Assembly: GCA_964016885.1 (NCBI GenBank)
Contig: OZ024759.1
Location: 4,278,001-4,342,000, forward strand
DNA from: Eledone cirrhosa
Lineage: Eukaryota
Reading direction: 5' to 3'
Length of the DNA: 64,000 nucleotides
Within the stretch, counting starts at the first letter, position 1. Every line of letters begins with the position of its first letter. Both the position numbers and the translations under genes were made by a program. Positions 53,605-64,000 of this stretch are shown here, piece by piece. The notes beneath the pieces were generated by a model, which searched no databases, was not told the DNA's origin, and saw only the letters and a list, made by a program, of their open reading frames with translations.

Positions 53605-53935
53605 TATGGTGGCACATAGCTTAATGGTTAGAGCATTGGCCGTGCAATCGAAAGGTTGTGAGTTCAATTCTCAGACCGGGTGATGTGTTGTTTCCTTGAG
53701 CAAGACACTTTATTTCACATTGCTCCAGTTTACTCAGCTGTAGAAATGAGATGATAGGGACTGGGGTCCCTATCATTCCACTGCAAACTGGTCGTGGAGG
53801 TGCCAAGAATGCACCCAGTACTCACTGAAAATAAGGTTGGTGTTAGGAAGGACATCCAGCTGTAGAAATCAAGCCAGAATCAGTTTCCGTCCCACCCTCG
53901 CAACCAGGGAAAAGTGGACGTAAAATGATGATGAG
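53605..53935 (+). mobile_element. SINE family B copy
   Basis: Homologous to 40415-40750. Confidence 0.87.
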
Positions 53936-54201
53936 TCTAACCCATGCTGGTGTGGAAGATGGACGTTAAACGAAGATGATGATGATATTATAGTGTTGTC
54001 ATCTATGATATAGTGATATCATCTATACTATATCTCTACAACCTATATGATATCTATATCATCTGTATTATATCTATATCATCTGTATTATATCTATATC
54101 ATCATAACCAGCAACACACCTGTCTCTGTCTGTTTTTTTACACCTGCTGTTGTTTTGTTTCATATATCAAGGTAGAAACAAATCTGTACTACAGTACTTA
54201 C

Positions 54202-54339
54202 CTGTTTGACAGTTGCTACCTTCATAACCAGCAGCACATCCTCCACCTGAACACACACCTGTCTCTTTGTTACACCTGCTGTTATCTGCGCAGTGACATG
54301 TGTATTTACAGTTGGCTCCAAATTTACCTGTTTTACAGA
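54202..54339 (-). CDS. EGF-like exon CKTGKFGANCKYTCHCADNSRCNKETGVCSGGGCAAGYEGSNCQT (most 5' exon found)
   Basis: 138 nt, TTTTCAG acceptor, GTAAGT donor. Confidence 0.92.
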
Positions 54340-54707
54340 CTGAAAATAAAAATATGGAAGTCTAAATATATTTAATAATTCACATTAATTTCTGATATTT
54401 TCATATTTTACATGGTAGACATTATTTGAATTTTGAAAATGTGAGACCAGAGAAATTGCTTCATGTGACACTGTAAGAAAACATTAAAGAAAACATTAAA
54501 AAATGAAATGTATATCTTCTTCTTTATCATTAAGTATGTCAGCAGCAGCAGCACCACATACACACACACATATATATATACAGAGAGAGAGAGAGAGAAG
54601 AGAGAGAAGAGAGAGAGAGTAGTTAATAATAAATACAAAGACCAAAACCTAGAGAGGGCTCAATAAGATAAGAGTTTTATGTATATATATACATATATAT
54701 ATATGTA

Positions 54708-55043
54708 TCATCATCATCATCATCATCATTTTACGTCCACTTTTCCCTGGTTGCGAGGGTGGGACGGAAACTGATTCTGGCTTGATTTCTACAGCTGGAT
54801 GTCCTTCCTAACACCAACCTCATTTACAGTGAGTGCTGGGTGCTTTTTTGCTGTGGCACCTCCACGACCACTTTGCAGTGGAATGATAGGGACCGCAATC
54901 CCTATCATCTCATTTCTACAGCTGAGTAAACTGGAGCAATGTGAAATAAAGTGTCTTGCTCAAGGAAACAACACATCACCCAGTTTGAGAATTGAACTCA
55001 CAACCTTTCGATTGCAAGGCCAATGCTCTAACCACTAAGCCAT
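54708..55043 (-). mobile_element. SINE family B copy, inverted relative to 53605-53935
   Basis: Reverse complement of family B, (CAT)n tail at left. Confidence 0.87.
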
Positions 55044-55135
55044 AGAGAGAGAGAGAAGTGAGAGAGTAGTTAATAATAAATACAAACACCAAAATCTGGA
55101 GAGGGCTCAATAAGATAAGAGTTATATATATATAT

Positions 55136-57249
55136 CATCATCATCATCATCATCATCGTTTAACGTCCATGTTCCACGCTTGCATGGGTTTGGACGGGAG
55201 TTTTCCCACTTGAGGCAAGAGTGGTTGTCATTGCTCGCATAGGACTGTCTGGCGGGTTTTCTACAGCTGGATGCCCTTCCTAACACCAACCGCATTTACA
55301 GTGCGGGGCTGGGAGGTTTTTACCGTGTTGCCTACACGGCCACATTACAGCGTGGACTGTGTGTTTTTTTGTCGTGACACCTACACGATCTCATTTGTTT
55401 CGGCCTGGATGTTGTGGCACCAACATAACTTTACATGGAAAGGGGCGGTGTGGATGGGGTGGGGGTGGTGGGACGGGGGTGCATCTTGTTAGATATGCCT
55501 ACTGACTGTAGTAGGTTTCACTTTGTACATAAGCAAGGCAGGTCTTCTCTATTACTGAGTACCGCCAAAGGTCTCGGTCCAGTGACACTGTCTTGGAGAG
55601 GTGTAAGTGTGTGAGGTCGGAATTTATCAGCTCGTCCCAGGTTTTTCTGGGTCTGCCTACTCCGTGGCTACCGTCTATCTTTATTGCCCTGCACTTTGTT
55701 ATACAGCTGTCGTCTTTCATGCGCATCACGTGACCATACCAACGTAGCCTTCTCTCGAGTAAACAACATCTGATCCCTCTTATTTCTAATTTTTTCCTTA
55801 GTTCGTTTATGCTTTGCCGTTCACGTATATTACTATTACACATCCAGCGGAGCATGCAAGCTTCATTCCTCTCTAGTCTGCGTATATCCTCTGCACATAA
55901 TGCCCAGGTCTCACTGCCATGCAACATTGCTGTTCGTATGCAGGCATCATACAGCCTGCCTTTCATTTTTAGAGAGAACCCTTTAGCGGCTAATATTGGT
56001 ATAAGCTCTCTGAACTTTTTCCATCCAGTTCTGACTCTAGCTACTGTACTTTCAGAGCACCCTCCCCCACTGCTGATTTTGTCACCCAGGTAACGGAAGC
56101 TGTCCACTATTTCTATAGAACCATCTGCGCAATTGAAAGAACTAGTATTTTGTGGGCACTTGCTGCTACTTATTGCACCAGAGCACTGGTCACATGTAAA
56201 ATCTATGTTCTTAGTTAGCTTACCTGTGATCCCACTACATCTTTTATGCACCCATACTTTGCATTTGGGACATAAAATGGAGGTTCTACCTACGCCTTTC
56301 CTACACACTGAGCATGGCCACTTCCCGGAAGGGACCGCCGCCTTATTTTCTTTCTTACAAACTAGAACTTTAGTCTTAGACAGGTTAATTTTAAGGCCTT
56401 TTGATTCTAGGCCATGCTTCCATGTTTGAAATTTCTTCTCTAGTTCGGCCATTGATTCAGCTATGAGCGTTAGATCATCTGCGTATAGGAGTTCCCATCG
56501 GTAGCCGGTCTTGAACTCCTCTGTTATAGCCTGAAGGGCAATAATAAATAGTAGGGGGCTAAGAACAGAGCCTTGATGGACACCAACTTTTATGCTAAAC
56601 TCTTCACTATATTCATTGTTAATTCTAACCTTGCTAACTGTTTCTTTATACATGGCTTGTATAGCTCTCACAAGCCATTCATCAACACCGAGTTTTCTAA
56701 GAGCCCACCAGATAATGGAACGGGGAACTCTGTCGAAGGCTTTCTCCAAGTCGACAAAAGCTAAGTACAGGGGTTTACTTTTAGCTAGGTACTTCTCCTG
56801 TAGTTGTCGTACAATGAAAAGAGCGTCTGTGGTACTTTTACCTGACACAAACCCGAACTGCATTTCATCTAGATCAATTCTCTCTCTGATTAGTTGCGCT
56901 ATTACTTTTTCTGTGACCTTCATGACCTTGTCGATTAATTTAATGCCTCTATAGTTACTCCTATCTAGGGCATCTCCTTTACCCTTGTAGCAGTTAATGA
57001 TGATGCTGCTACGCCAGTCCTTCGGAACAACCTCATTCTGTATGATTTGGTTTACTATCCGGGTGACCATGGTGTGTCCCACCGTTCCAGAAGCTTTCAG
57101 CGTTTCAGCAACTATTTCTGAAGGCCCAGCCGCCTTACCCGTCTTCATGTTTTTGATTGCCTTACTTATTATACTACCTTCGACTAACACTGCTGGTCCC
57201 TCTATTGGTTCGATGTGGGGGAGACTGTCTTTCTCCCATTTATTCTTCT
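55136..57249 (-). mobile_element. 5'-truncated RTE LINE (ORF 55499-57190)
   Basis: Very similar to 9793-13218; RT and PHD-like finger in an open frame; (GAT)n tail. Confidence 0.95.
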
Positions 57250-57407
57250 ATAAAGGCCAGCAATTATTCCAGTGAATTACTGGTACTTTATTCTATCGAC
57301 CCCGTAAGCATGAAAGGCAAAGTTAACCTCGACAGGATTTGAACTCAGATCATAAAGGGAGGTAACTATGCTGGAAAGCATGGCGTCCAATCCTCTACCG
57401 ATAAAAT

Positions 57408-57737
57408 ATCATCATCATCATTTCATTTTACGTCCACTTTTCCCTGCTTGCAAGGGTGAGACGGGAACTGATTCTGGCTGGATGCTCTTCCTAACACCAA
57501 CCTCATTTTCAGTGAGTGCTGGGTGCTTTTTTTTCCGTGACACCTGCACGACCACTTTGCAGTGGAATGATAGTGACCCCAGTCCCTATCATCTCATTTC
57601 TACAGCTGAGTAAACTGGAGCAATGTGAAATAAAGTGTCCCGCTCAAGGAAACAACACATCACCTGGTCTGAGAATTGAACTCACAACCTTTCGATTGCA
57701 AGGCCAATGCTCTAACCACTAAGCCATGTGCCTCCAT
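57408..57737 (-). mobile_element. SINE family B copy
   Basis: Head GGAGGCACATGGCTTAGTGGTTAGAGC on the minus strand, RTE-like tail. Confidence 0.87.
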
Positions 57738-57809
57738 GTATATATATATAATATATAGTATATAAGGGAGAGGATCAGGAGTGTGTAACACACCACTTAT
57801 CCACTCTTA

Positions 57810-57855
57810 TGCTCTGATGAGTCCCACTTATAGTGTGGACGAAACACTGTCAGCA
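57810..57855 (+). ncRNA. Type I minimal hammerhead ribozyme
   Basis: TGCT-CTGATGA-GTCC-CACTTATAGTGT-GGAC-GAAA-C-ACT-G-TC-AGCA: intact core, stem I TGCT/AGCA, stem II GTCC/GGAC, short stem III, GUC cleavage triplet. Confidence 0.8.
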
Positions 57856-57899
57856 AGTAAAGATATACCTATGCTCTAAGCGTTCTTTGTTGTTAATTA

Positions 57900-57934
57900 T
57901 ATATAATATATAATAATTTCTATACTTTTTCATT

Positions 57935-57975
<41 letters not shown>

Positions 57976-58072
57976 GTATATATATATATATGAGTATATG
58001 CATACACAGACACACACACACGTATATGTGTGTGTGTGTGTGTATGTATATATATATGTGTGTGTGTGTATG

Positions 58073-58103
<31 letters not shown>

Positions 58104-58324
58104 ATGTATATATATATATATGTGTGTGTGTGTGTATGTATATATATGTGTGTGCGTGTATGTATATATATGTGTGTGTGTATGTATATATATATGTGTG
58201 TGTGTATGTATATATATATATATGTATGTGTGTATCTATATATATATATGCGTGTGTGTGTGTATGTATATATATATATGTGTGTGTGTGTGTATGTATA
58301 TATATATATATATATATATGTGTG
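57900..58324. repeat. (TA)n/(TG)n compound microsatellite
   Basis: Direct reading. Confidence 0.95.
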
Positions 58325-59948
58325 TCATCATCATCATCATCATCAGGTTTAGCGTCCGTGTTCCACGCTTGCATGGGTTTGGACGGGGGTTTTCCCACTT
58401 GAGGCAAGAGTGGTTGTCTTGCTCGCATAGGACTGTCTGGCGGGTTTTCTACAGTTGGATGCCCTTCCTAACACCAACCACATTTACAGTGTGGGGCTGG
58501 GAGGTTTTTACCGTGTTGCCTACACGGCCACATTACAGCGTGGACTGTCTGGCGGGTTTTCTACAGCTGGATGCCCTTCCTAACACCAACCACATTTACA
58601 GTGTGGGGCTGGGAGGTTTTTACCGTGTTGCCTACACGGCCACATTTACAGCGTGGACTGTGTGTTTTTTGTCGTGACACCTACACGATCTCATTTGTTT
58701 CGGCCTGGATGTTGTGGGACCAACATAACTTTACATTGAAAGGGGCGGTGTGGGTGGGGTGGAGGTGGTGGGACGGGGGTGTGTTTTGATAGAGGTGCCT
58801 ACTGACTGTAGTAGGTTTTTACTTTGTATTTAGGTAAGGCGGGTCTTCTCTATTACTGAGTACCGCCAAAGGTCTCGGTCCAGTGACATTGTCTTGGAGA
58901 GGTGTAAGCGTGTGAGGTCGGAATTTATCAGCTCGTCCCATGTTTTTCTGGGTCTGCCTACTCCGTGGCTACCGTCTATCTTTATTGCCCTGCACTTTGT
59001 TATACAGCTGTCGTCTTTCATGCGCATCACGTGACCGTACCAACGTAGCCTTCTCTCGAGTAAACAACATCTGATCCCTCTTATTTCTAATTTTTTCCTT
59101 AGTTCGTTTATGCTTTGCCGTTCACGTATATTACTATTGCACATCCAGCGGAGCATGCAAGCTTCGTTCCTCTCTAGTCTGCGTATATCCTCTGCACACA
59201 ATGCCCAGGTCTCACTGCCATGCAGCATTGCTGTTCGTATGCAGGCATCGTATAACCTGCCTTTCATTTTTAAGGAGAACCCTCTAGCGGCTAATAGTGG
59301 TATAAGCTCTCTGAACTTTTTCCATCCAGTTCTGACTCTAGCTACTGTACTTTCAGAGCACCCTCCCCCACTGCTGATTTTGTCACCCAGATAACGGAAG
59401 CTGTCCACTGTTTCTATAGAACCCTCTGCGCAGTTGAAGGAGCTAGTATTTTGTGGGCACTTGCTGCTACTTATTGCACCAGAGCACCGGCCACATGTAA
59501 AATCTATGTTCTTAGTTAGCTTACCTGTGATCCCACTACATCTTTTATGCACCCATACTTTGCATTTGGGACATAAAATGGAGTTTCTACCTACGCCTTT
59601 CCTACACACTGAGCATGGCCATTTCCCCGATGGGACCGCCGCCTTATTTTCTTTCCTACAAACTAGAACTTTAGTCTTAGCCAGGTTAATTTTAAGGCCT
59701 TTTGATTCTAGGCCGTGCTTCCACGTTTGGAATTTCTTCTCTAGTTCGGTCATTGATTCAGCTATGAGCGTTAGATCATCTGCGTATAGGAGTTCCCATG
59801 GGCAGCCGGTCTTGAACTCCTCTGTTATAGCCTGAAGGGCAATAATAAATAGTAGGGGGCTAAGTACAGAGCCCTGATGGACACCAACTTTTATGCTAAA
59901 CTCTTCACTATATTCGTTGTTAATTCTAACCTTACTGACTGTTTCTTT
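58325..59948 (-). mobile_element. 5'-truncated RTE LINE (ORF 58830-59753), 3' UTR with ~115-bp duplication
   Basis: Near-identical to the 3' part of 9793-13218. Confidence 0.95.
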
Positions 59949-59961
59949 GTGTGTGTGTATG

Positions 59962-59992
<31 letters not shown>

Positions 59993-59995
59993 ATG

Positions 59996-60028
<33 letters not shown>

Positions 60029-60132
60029 ATGTATATATATATACATAGATTGATATCTATCTTTACTGGTGACCCATCACAGACAATGACTAAACTATAC
60101 AGAGGTTTTTCAACTTACGTCAATGTAACAGA

Positions 60133-60384
60133 TACACACACACACATATATATATATACATGTACACACATGGCAGGTATTTACATAGGTGCAATCACAC
60201 ACACACACACATATATATATATATGTACACACACGTCAGGTATTTACATAGGTGCAATCACACACACACACACATATATATATACATGTACACACACGTC
60301 AGGTATTTACATAGGTGCAATCACACACACACACATATATATATATACATGTACACACACGTCAGGTATTTACATAGGTGCAAT

Positions 60385-60421
<37 letters not shown>

Positions 60422-60455
60422 GTACACACACGTCAGGTGTTTACATAGGTACAAT

Positions 60456-60492
<37 letters not shown>

Positions 60493-60790
60493 GTACACAC
60501 ACGTCAGGTATTTACATAGGTGCAATCACACACACACACACATATATATATATATGTACACACACGTCAGGTATTTACATAGGTGCAATCACACACACAC
60601 ATATATATATATATACATGTACACACACGGCAGGTATTTACATAGGTGCAATCACACACACACACATATATATATATATACATGTACACACACGTCAGGT
60701 ATTTACATAGGTGCAATCACACACACACACATATATATATACATGTACACACACGTCAGGTATTTACATAGGTGCAATCACACACATACC
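60133..60790. repeat. ~60-70-bp minisatellite: constant core plus variable (CA)n(TA)n
   Basis: Core TGTACACACACGTCAGGTATTTACATAGGTGCAATCAC, ~10 copies. Confidence 0.92.
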
Positions 60791-61594
60791 AATGAAACAA
60801 AGTGCCTAGGGCACTGATTTCAAGTGGCACTGAAAAGGCAGATATGCAAGAATTTCGAAGATTGTCACCTAGCTTTGAGAGAAAGGAGAGGTAATTGCAG
60901 GGGTTAGGGATGAATTTGTAGAGAAAGACACAATGTCCAACATGGTTTATATCAAAAACAAGGTTGAAGTATATACATTGTGGAAACAAGTGAATGATAA
61001 TAATAATAATAATGTAAACAGAACATTTTGAAATTGGGGAAGAGAGATAGCTGTAGAATAGAAATAATCTATGGAAGTCTGGGATATAAGTTATATATAT
61101 ATATGTTGTGATGTCACTGGTGCCAAGCTGTATCACAGCCATTGCCTTTCCCTTGGACAACATATATAGCGTATTATATATATTGTACACAGTGTATATA
61201 TAATATATATATTGTGTATATATACTGTAGACAGTGTATATATGATATATATATAGTATATATATATGTAGTGATGTAACTGGTACCAAGCTGTATCAGC
61301 TATTACCTTTCCCTTGGACAACATCGGTGGCGTGGAGAGGGTAGACTGGTATACTTGGGTGACTGCTGGTCTTCCTCAAACAACTGGACTTGTGCCTCCG
61401 AAGGGAACTTTCTAGTTGCAAATCACATGGTCATTCTTGACCGACAGAGGTCTTCGATATGTTAGGTGTGTATATATAGATGTGTATTGATGTCCATGTG
61501 GGAGTCATTGATACCAATGCTAGGGATGGCTGGTCTTCTATATTACTGTATAACACCAAAGATCTCGATCCTGTGTCATTTTCTTTGAGAAGTG

Positions 61595-62697
61595 CAATTG
61601 TGTGAGGTCAGCTGTTATCACCTCATCCCAGGTCTTCCTACTTCATAGCTTCCATCAATTGTGTGAGGTCAGCTGTTATCACCTCATTCCAGGTCTTCCT
61701 ACTCCATAGCTTCCATCAATTGTGTGAGGTCAGCTTTTATCACCTCATCCCAGGTCTTCCTACTTCATTGCTTCCATCAGTTGTGTGAGGTCAGCTGTTA
61801 TCACCTCATCCCAGATATTCCTACTTCATAGCTTCCATCAATTGTGTGAGGTCAGCTGTTATCACCTCATCCCAGGTCTTCCTACTTCATATCTTCCATC
61901 AATCGTGTGAGGTCAGCTTTTATCACCTCATCCCAGGTCTTCCTACTCCATATCTTCCATCAATTGTGTGAGGTCAGCTTTTATCACCTCATCCCAGGTC
62001 TTCCTACTCTATAGCTTCCATCAATTGTGTGAGGTCAGCTGTTATCACCTCATCCCAGGTCTTCCTACTCTATAGCTTCTATCAATTGTGTCAGGTCAGC
62101 TGTTATCACCTCATCCCAGGTCTTCCTACTCTATAGCTTCCATCAATTGTGTGAGGTCAGCTGTTATCACCTCATCCCAGGTCTTCCTACTCTATAGCTT
62201 CCATCAATCGTGTCAGGTCAGCTGTTATCACCTCATCCCAGGTCTTCCTACTCCATAGCTTCCATCAATTGTGTGAGGTCAGCTGTTATCACCTCATCCC
62301 AGGTCTTCATACTTCATAGCTTCCATCAATTGTGTCAGGTCAGCTTTTATCACCTCATCCCAGGTCTTCCTACTCTATAGCTTCCATCAATTGTGTGAGG
62401 TCAGCTATTATCACCTCATCCTAGGTCTTCCTACTTCATAGCTTCCATAAATTGTGTCAGGTCAGCTGTTATCACCTCATCCCAGGTCTTCCTACTCTAT
62501 AGCTTCCATCAATTGTGTCAGGTCAGCTTTTATCACCTCATCCCAGGTCTTCCTACTTCATAGCTTCCATCAATTGTGTCAGGTCAGCTGTTATCACCTC
62601 ATCCCAGGTCTTCCTACTCTATAGCTTCCATCAATTGTGTCAGGTCAGCTTTTATCACCTCATCCCAGGTCTTCCTACTTCATAGCTTCCATCAATT
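61595..62697 (-). repeat. 61-bp satellite (~18 copies) derived from the RTE ORF C-terminus
   Basis: Minus-strand unit reads DGSY.VGR / KTWDEVITADLTQL; the left flank reads HFSKKMTQDRDLW, as at the end of the RTE ORF. Confidence 0.9.
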
Positions 62698-62794
62698 TTA
62701 TAAAATGCTTGAAAACAACTTAGAAAAAATGTTAATCAAAATCCAAATTTAATCCCAAAGAGAGGAAATTGGAACATTATCCACTGAAAGTTGC

Positions 62795-63273
62795 TTAACC
62801 CTTTAGTGTACAAACCAGCCCAAACTGGCCAGAATTCTCTACCTCTTTCTGTTGAAACTGACTGTAACTGGTCGCTCAGACTGATGTTAAAGTATTGTTC
62901 TCAAAATAAATACTTTCAAAATCTGATAGATTCAATATTATGTGAGATAAAGCCTTTACCATGAAAATATAATAGTATATATAAAATAATGTGAATGCTA
63001 AAGGGTTAACCCTTTAACATTTAAACCGGCAATAACTGGCCAGAGTTCTGTCCTCTTTTTCTTTTTAAACCACCCGTAACTGGCCACTCATACTGATGTT
63101 AAAGTATTGTTCTCAATATAAATAATATCAGATTTGATATTATGTGAGGTAAAGACTTTACCATGGAAATATAATAGTATATATATAGAGTAATGTAAAT
63201 GTTATGTGAGATAAAGACATTACCATGGAAATATAATAGTATATATAGAGTAATGTAAATGTTAAAGGGTTAA
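62795..63273. mobile_element. Two tandem piggyBac-type MITEs sharing a TTAA
   Basis: TTAA at 62795-62798, 63006-63009 and 63270-63273, each next to CCCTTTA/TAAAGGG termini. Confidence 0.8.
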
Positions 63274-63274
63274 A

Positions 63275-63310
63275 CCCTGAAGAAAGGACTTTTAGGTCCC
63301 GAAATATTGG
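63275..63310 (+). ncRNA. Possible degenerate minimal hammerhead motif
   Basis: CC-CTGAAGA-AA-GGAC-TTTTAG-GTCC-C-GAAA-TATT-GG; mismatch at the base of stem II and only a 2-bp stem I. Confidence 0.4.
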
Positions 63311-64000
63311 ACAGATAAAAGAACAACAAAAAAACAAAACAAAGATTACCAGGTAACTTTTACTTTTCCTTACCTCATCTTATAGTCCATTTTGCATTGT
63401 TTAGCCTTCTATCTCTTTCAACGTTATATTTTATATAGAATGCTTCAAACAAACTACAACATTTAATTATATATCATCATCATCATCTTCAATTAACGTC
63501 CATCTTCCACACTAGCATGGGTTAGACGGGTCCCATTTAGAGGCAAGTGTGGGCTGGATGCTTTTTTGCTGTCTTCTACACGTCCAGTGTGGGTGAGATA
63601 TATATATATATGTATGTATATATCATCACCATTTAGCGTCCATTTTTCCATTCTTGCATGGGTTAGACGGGTCATCCACGCCAGGAGGCAAGTCTGGCCA
63701 GGGTTGGCCATGTGTCGCACCTTGCTCAGGTGAGGTCTGTAAATTTAGTGGGGTATTTTACAGCTGGATTCTCTTCCTAACATCAACCATGTTTACAGTG
63801 TGGAACTGGATGGTTCTGTTATGAGGAGGGACAGGCCAGTTGGTAACTGCAGTGAACTCATCTCACAGTGGAACTATAATTTTGGGGGCCTGGTACTGGG
63901 TGGCACCACTGTGAGGAGGGGTAGCCAGTCAGCTGCTCCAAACTCATCTCACGAGGTTACCACAGTTTTGGGGCCCTGTACTAGATGATCCCGCTATAGT

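Noticed and set aside
16512-54339. Assigning the symbol MEGF10, MEGF11 or SCARF to the EGF gene
   Set aside because: Repeat type only; no EMI, TM or cytoplasmic motifs are visible to establish orthology
54412-54470. Possible upstream exon after a good TTTCTTACAG acceptor
   Set aside because: 59 nt with a weak GTAAAA donor; the only phase compatible with the next EGF exon contains a stop
60133-60790. Constant repeat with variable spacers resembling a CRISPR array
   Set aside because: The spacers are only (CA)n(TA)n length variants
63340-63430. GAG|GTAAGG donor-like site as a first (signal peptide) exon of the EGF gene
   Set aside because: No hydrophobic signal sequence and the phase is incompatible; cannot be supported without transcripts

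Overview
Eukaryotic, repeat-rich genomic DNA. The RTE/CR1/Penelope/SINE complement and the (TA)n/(CAT)n microsatellites suggest an octopus or other coleoid cephalopod; this is inference. The only host gene I can support is on the minus strand (~54.3 kb to 16.5 kb). It is built from tandem 138-nt, phase 1-1 exons, each encoding one Cys-rich EGF/laminin-EGF-like repeat (CxxGxFGxNCxxxCHCxxxxxCxxxTGxCxxGxCxxGYxGxNCQ, MEGF10/11/Draper/SCARF-type). I count 12 intact exons, 4 disabled exon copies (stop plus frameshift, internal insertion, lost donor, CR1 insertion), several half-exon relics and a candidate short terminal exon with no transmembrane segment. The 5' exon(s) were not found. The array shows exon birth and death in progress: a SINE-mediated 1.5-kb duplication, a ~5-kb duplication, and a 4-kb 54-bp satellite derived from the exon sequence itself. 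The rest of the window is a degenerate Helitron, five RTE LINE copies (four carry a PHD-type finger after the RT), a young CR1, a Penelope-like element with an inverted pLTR, hAT and piggyBac-type non-autonomous elements, tRNA-derived SINEs, one well-formed and two degenerate hammerhead ribozyme motifs, and many minisatellites seeded from TE or exon sequence. Exon coordinates were read by hand from splice sites; TE and satellite boundaries are approximate.
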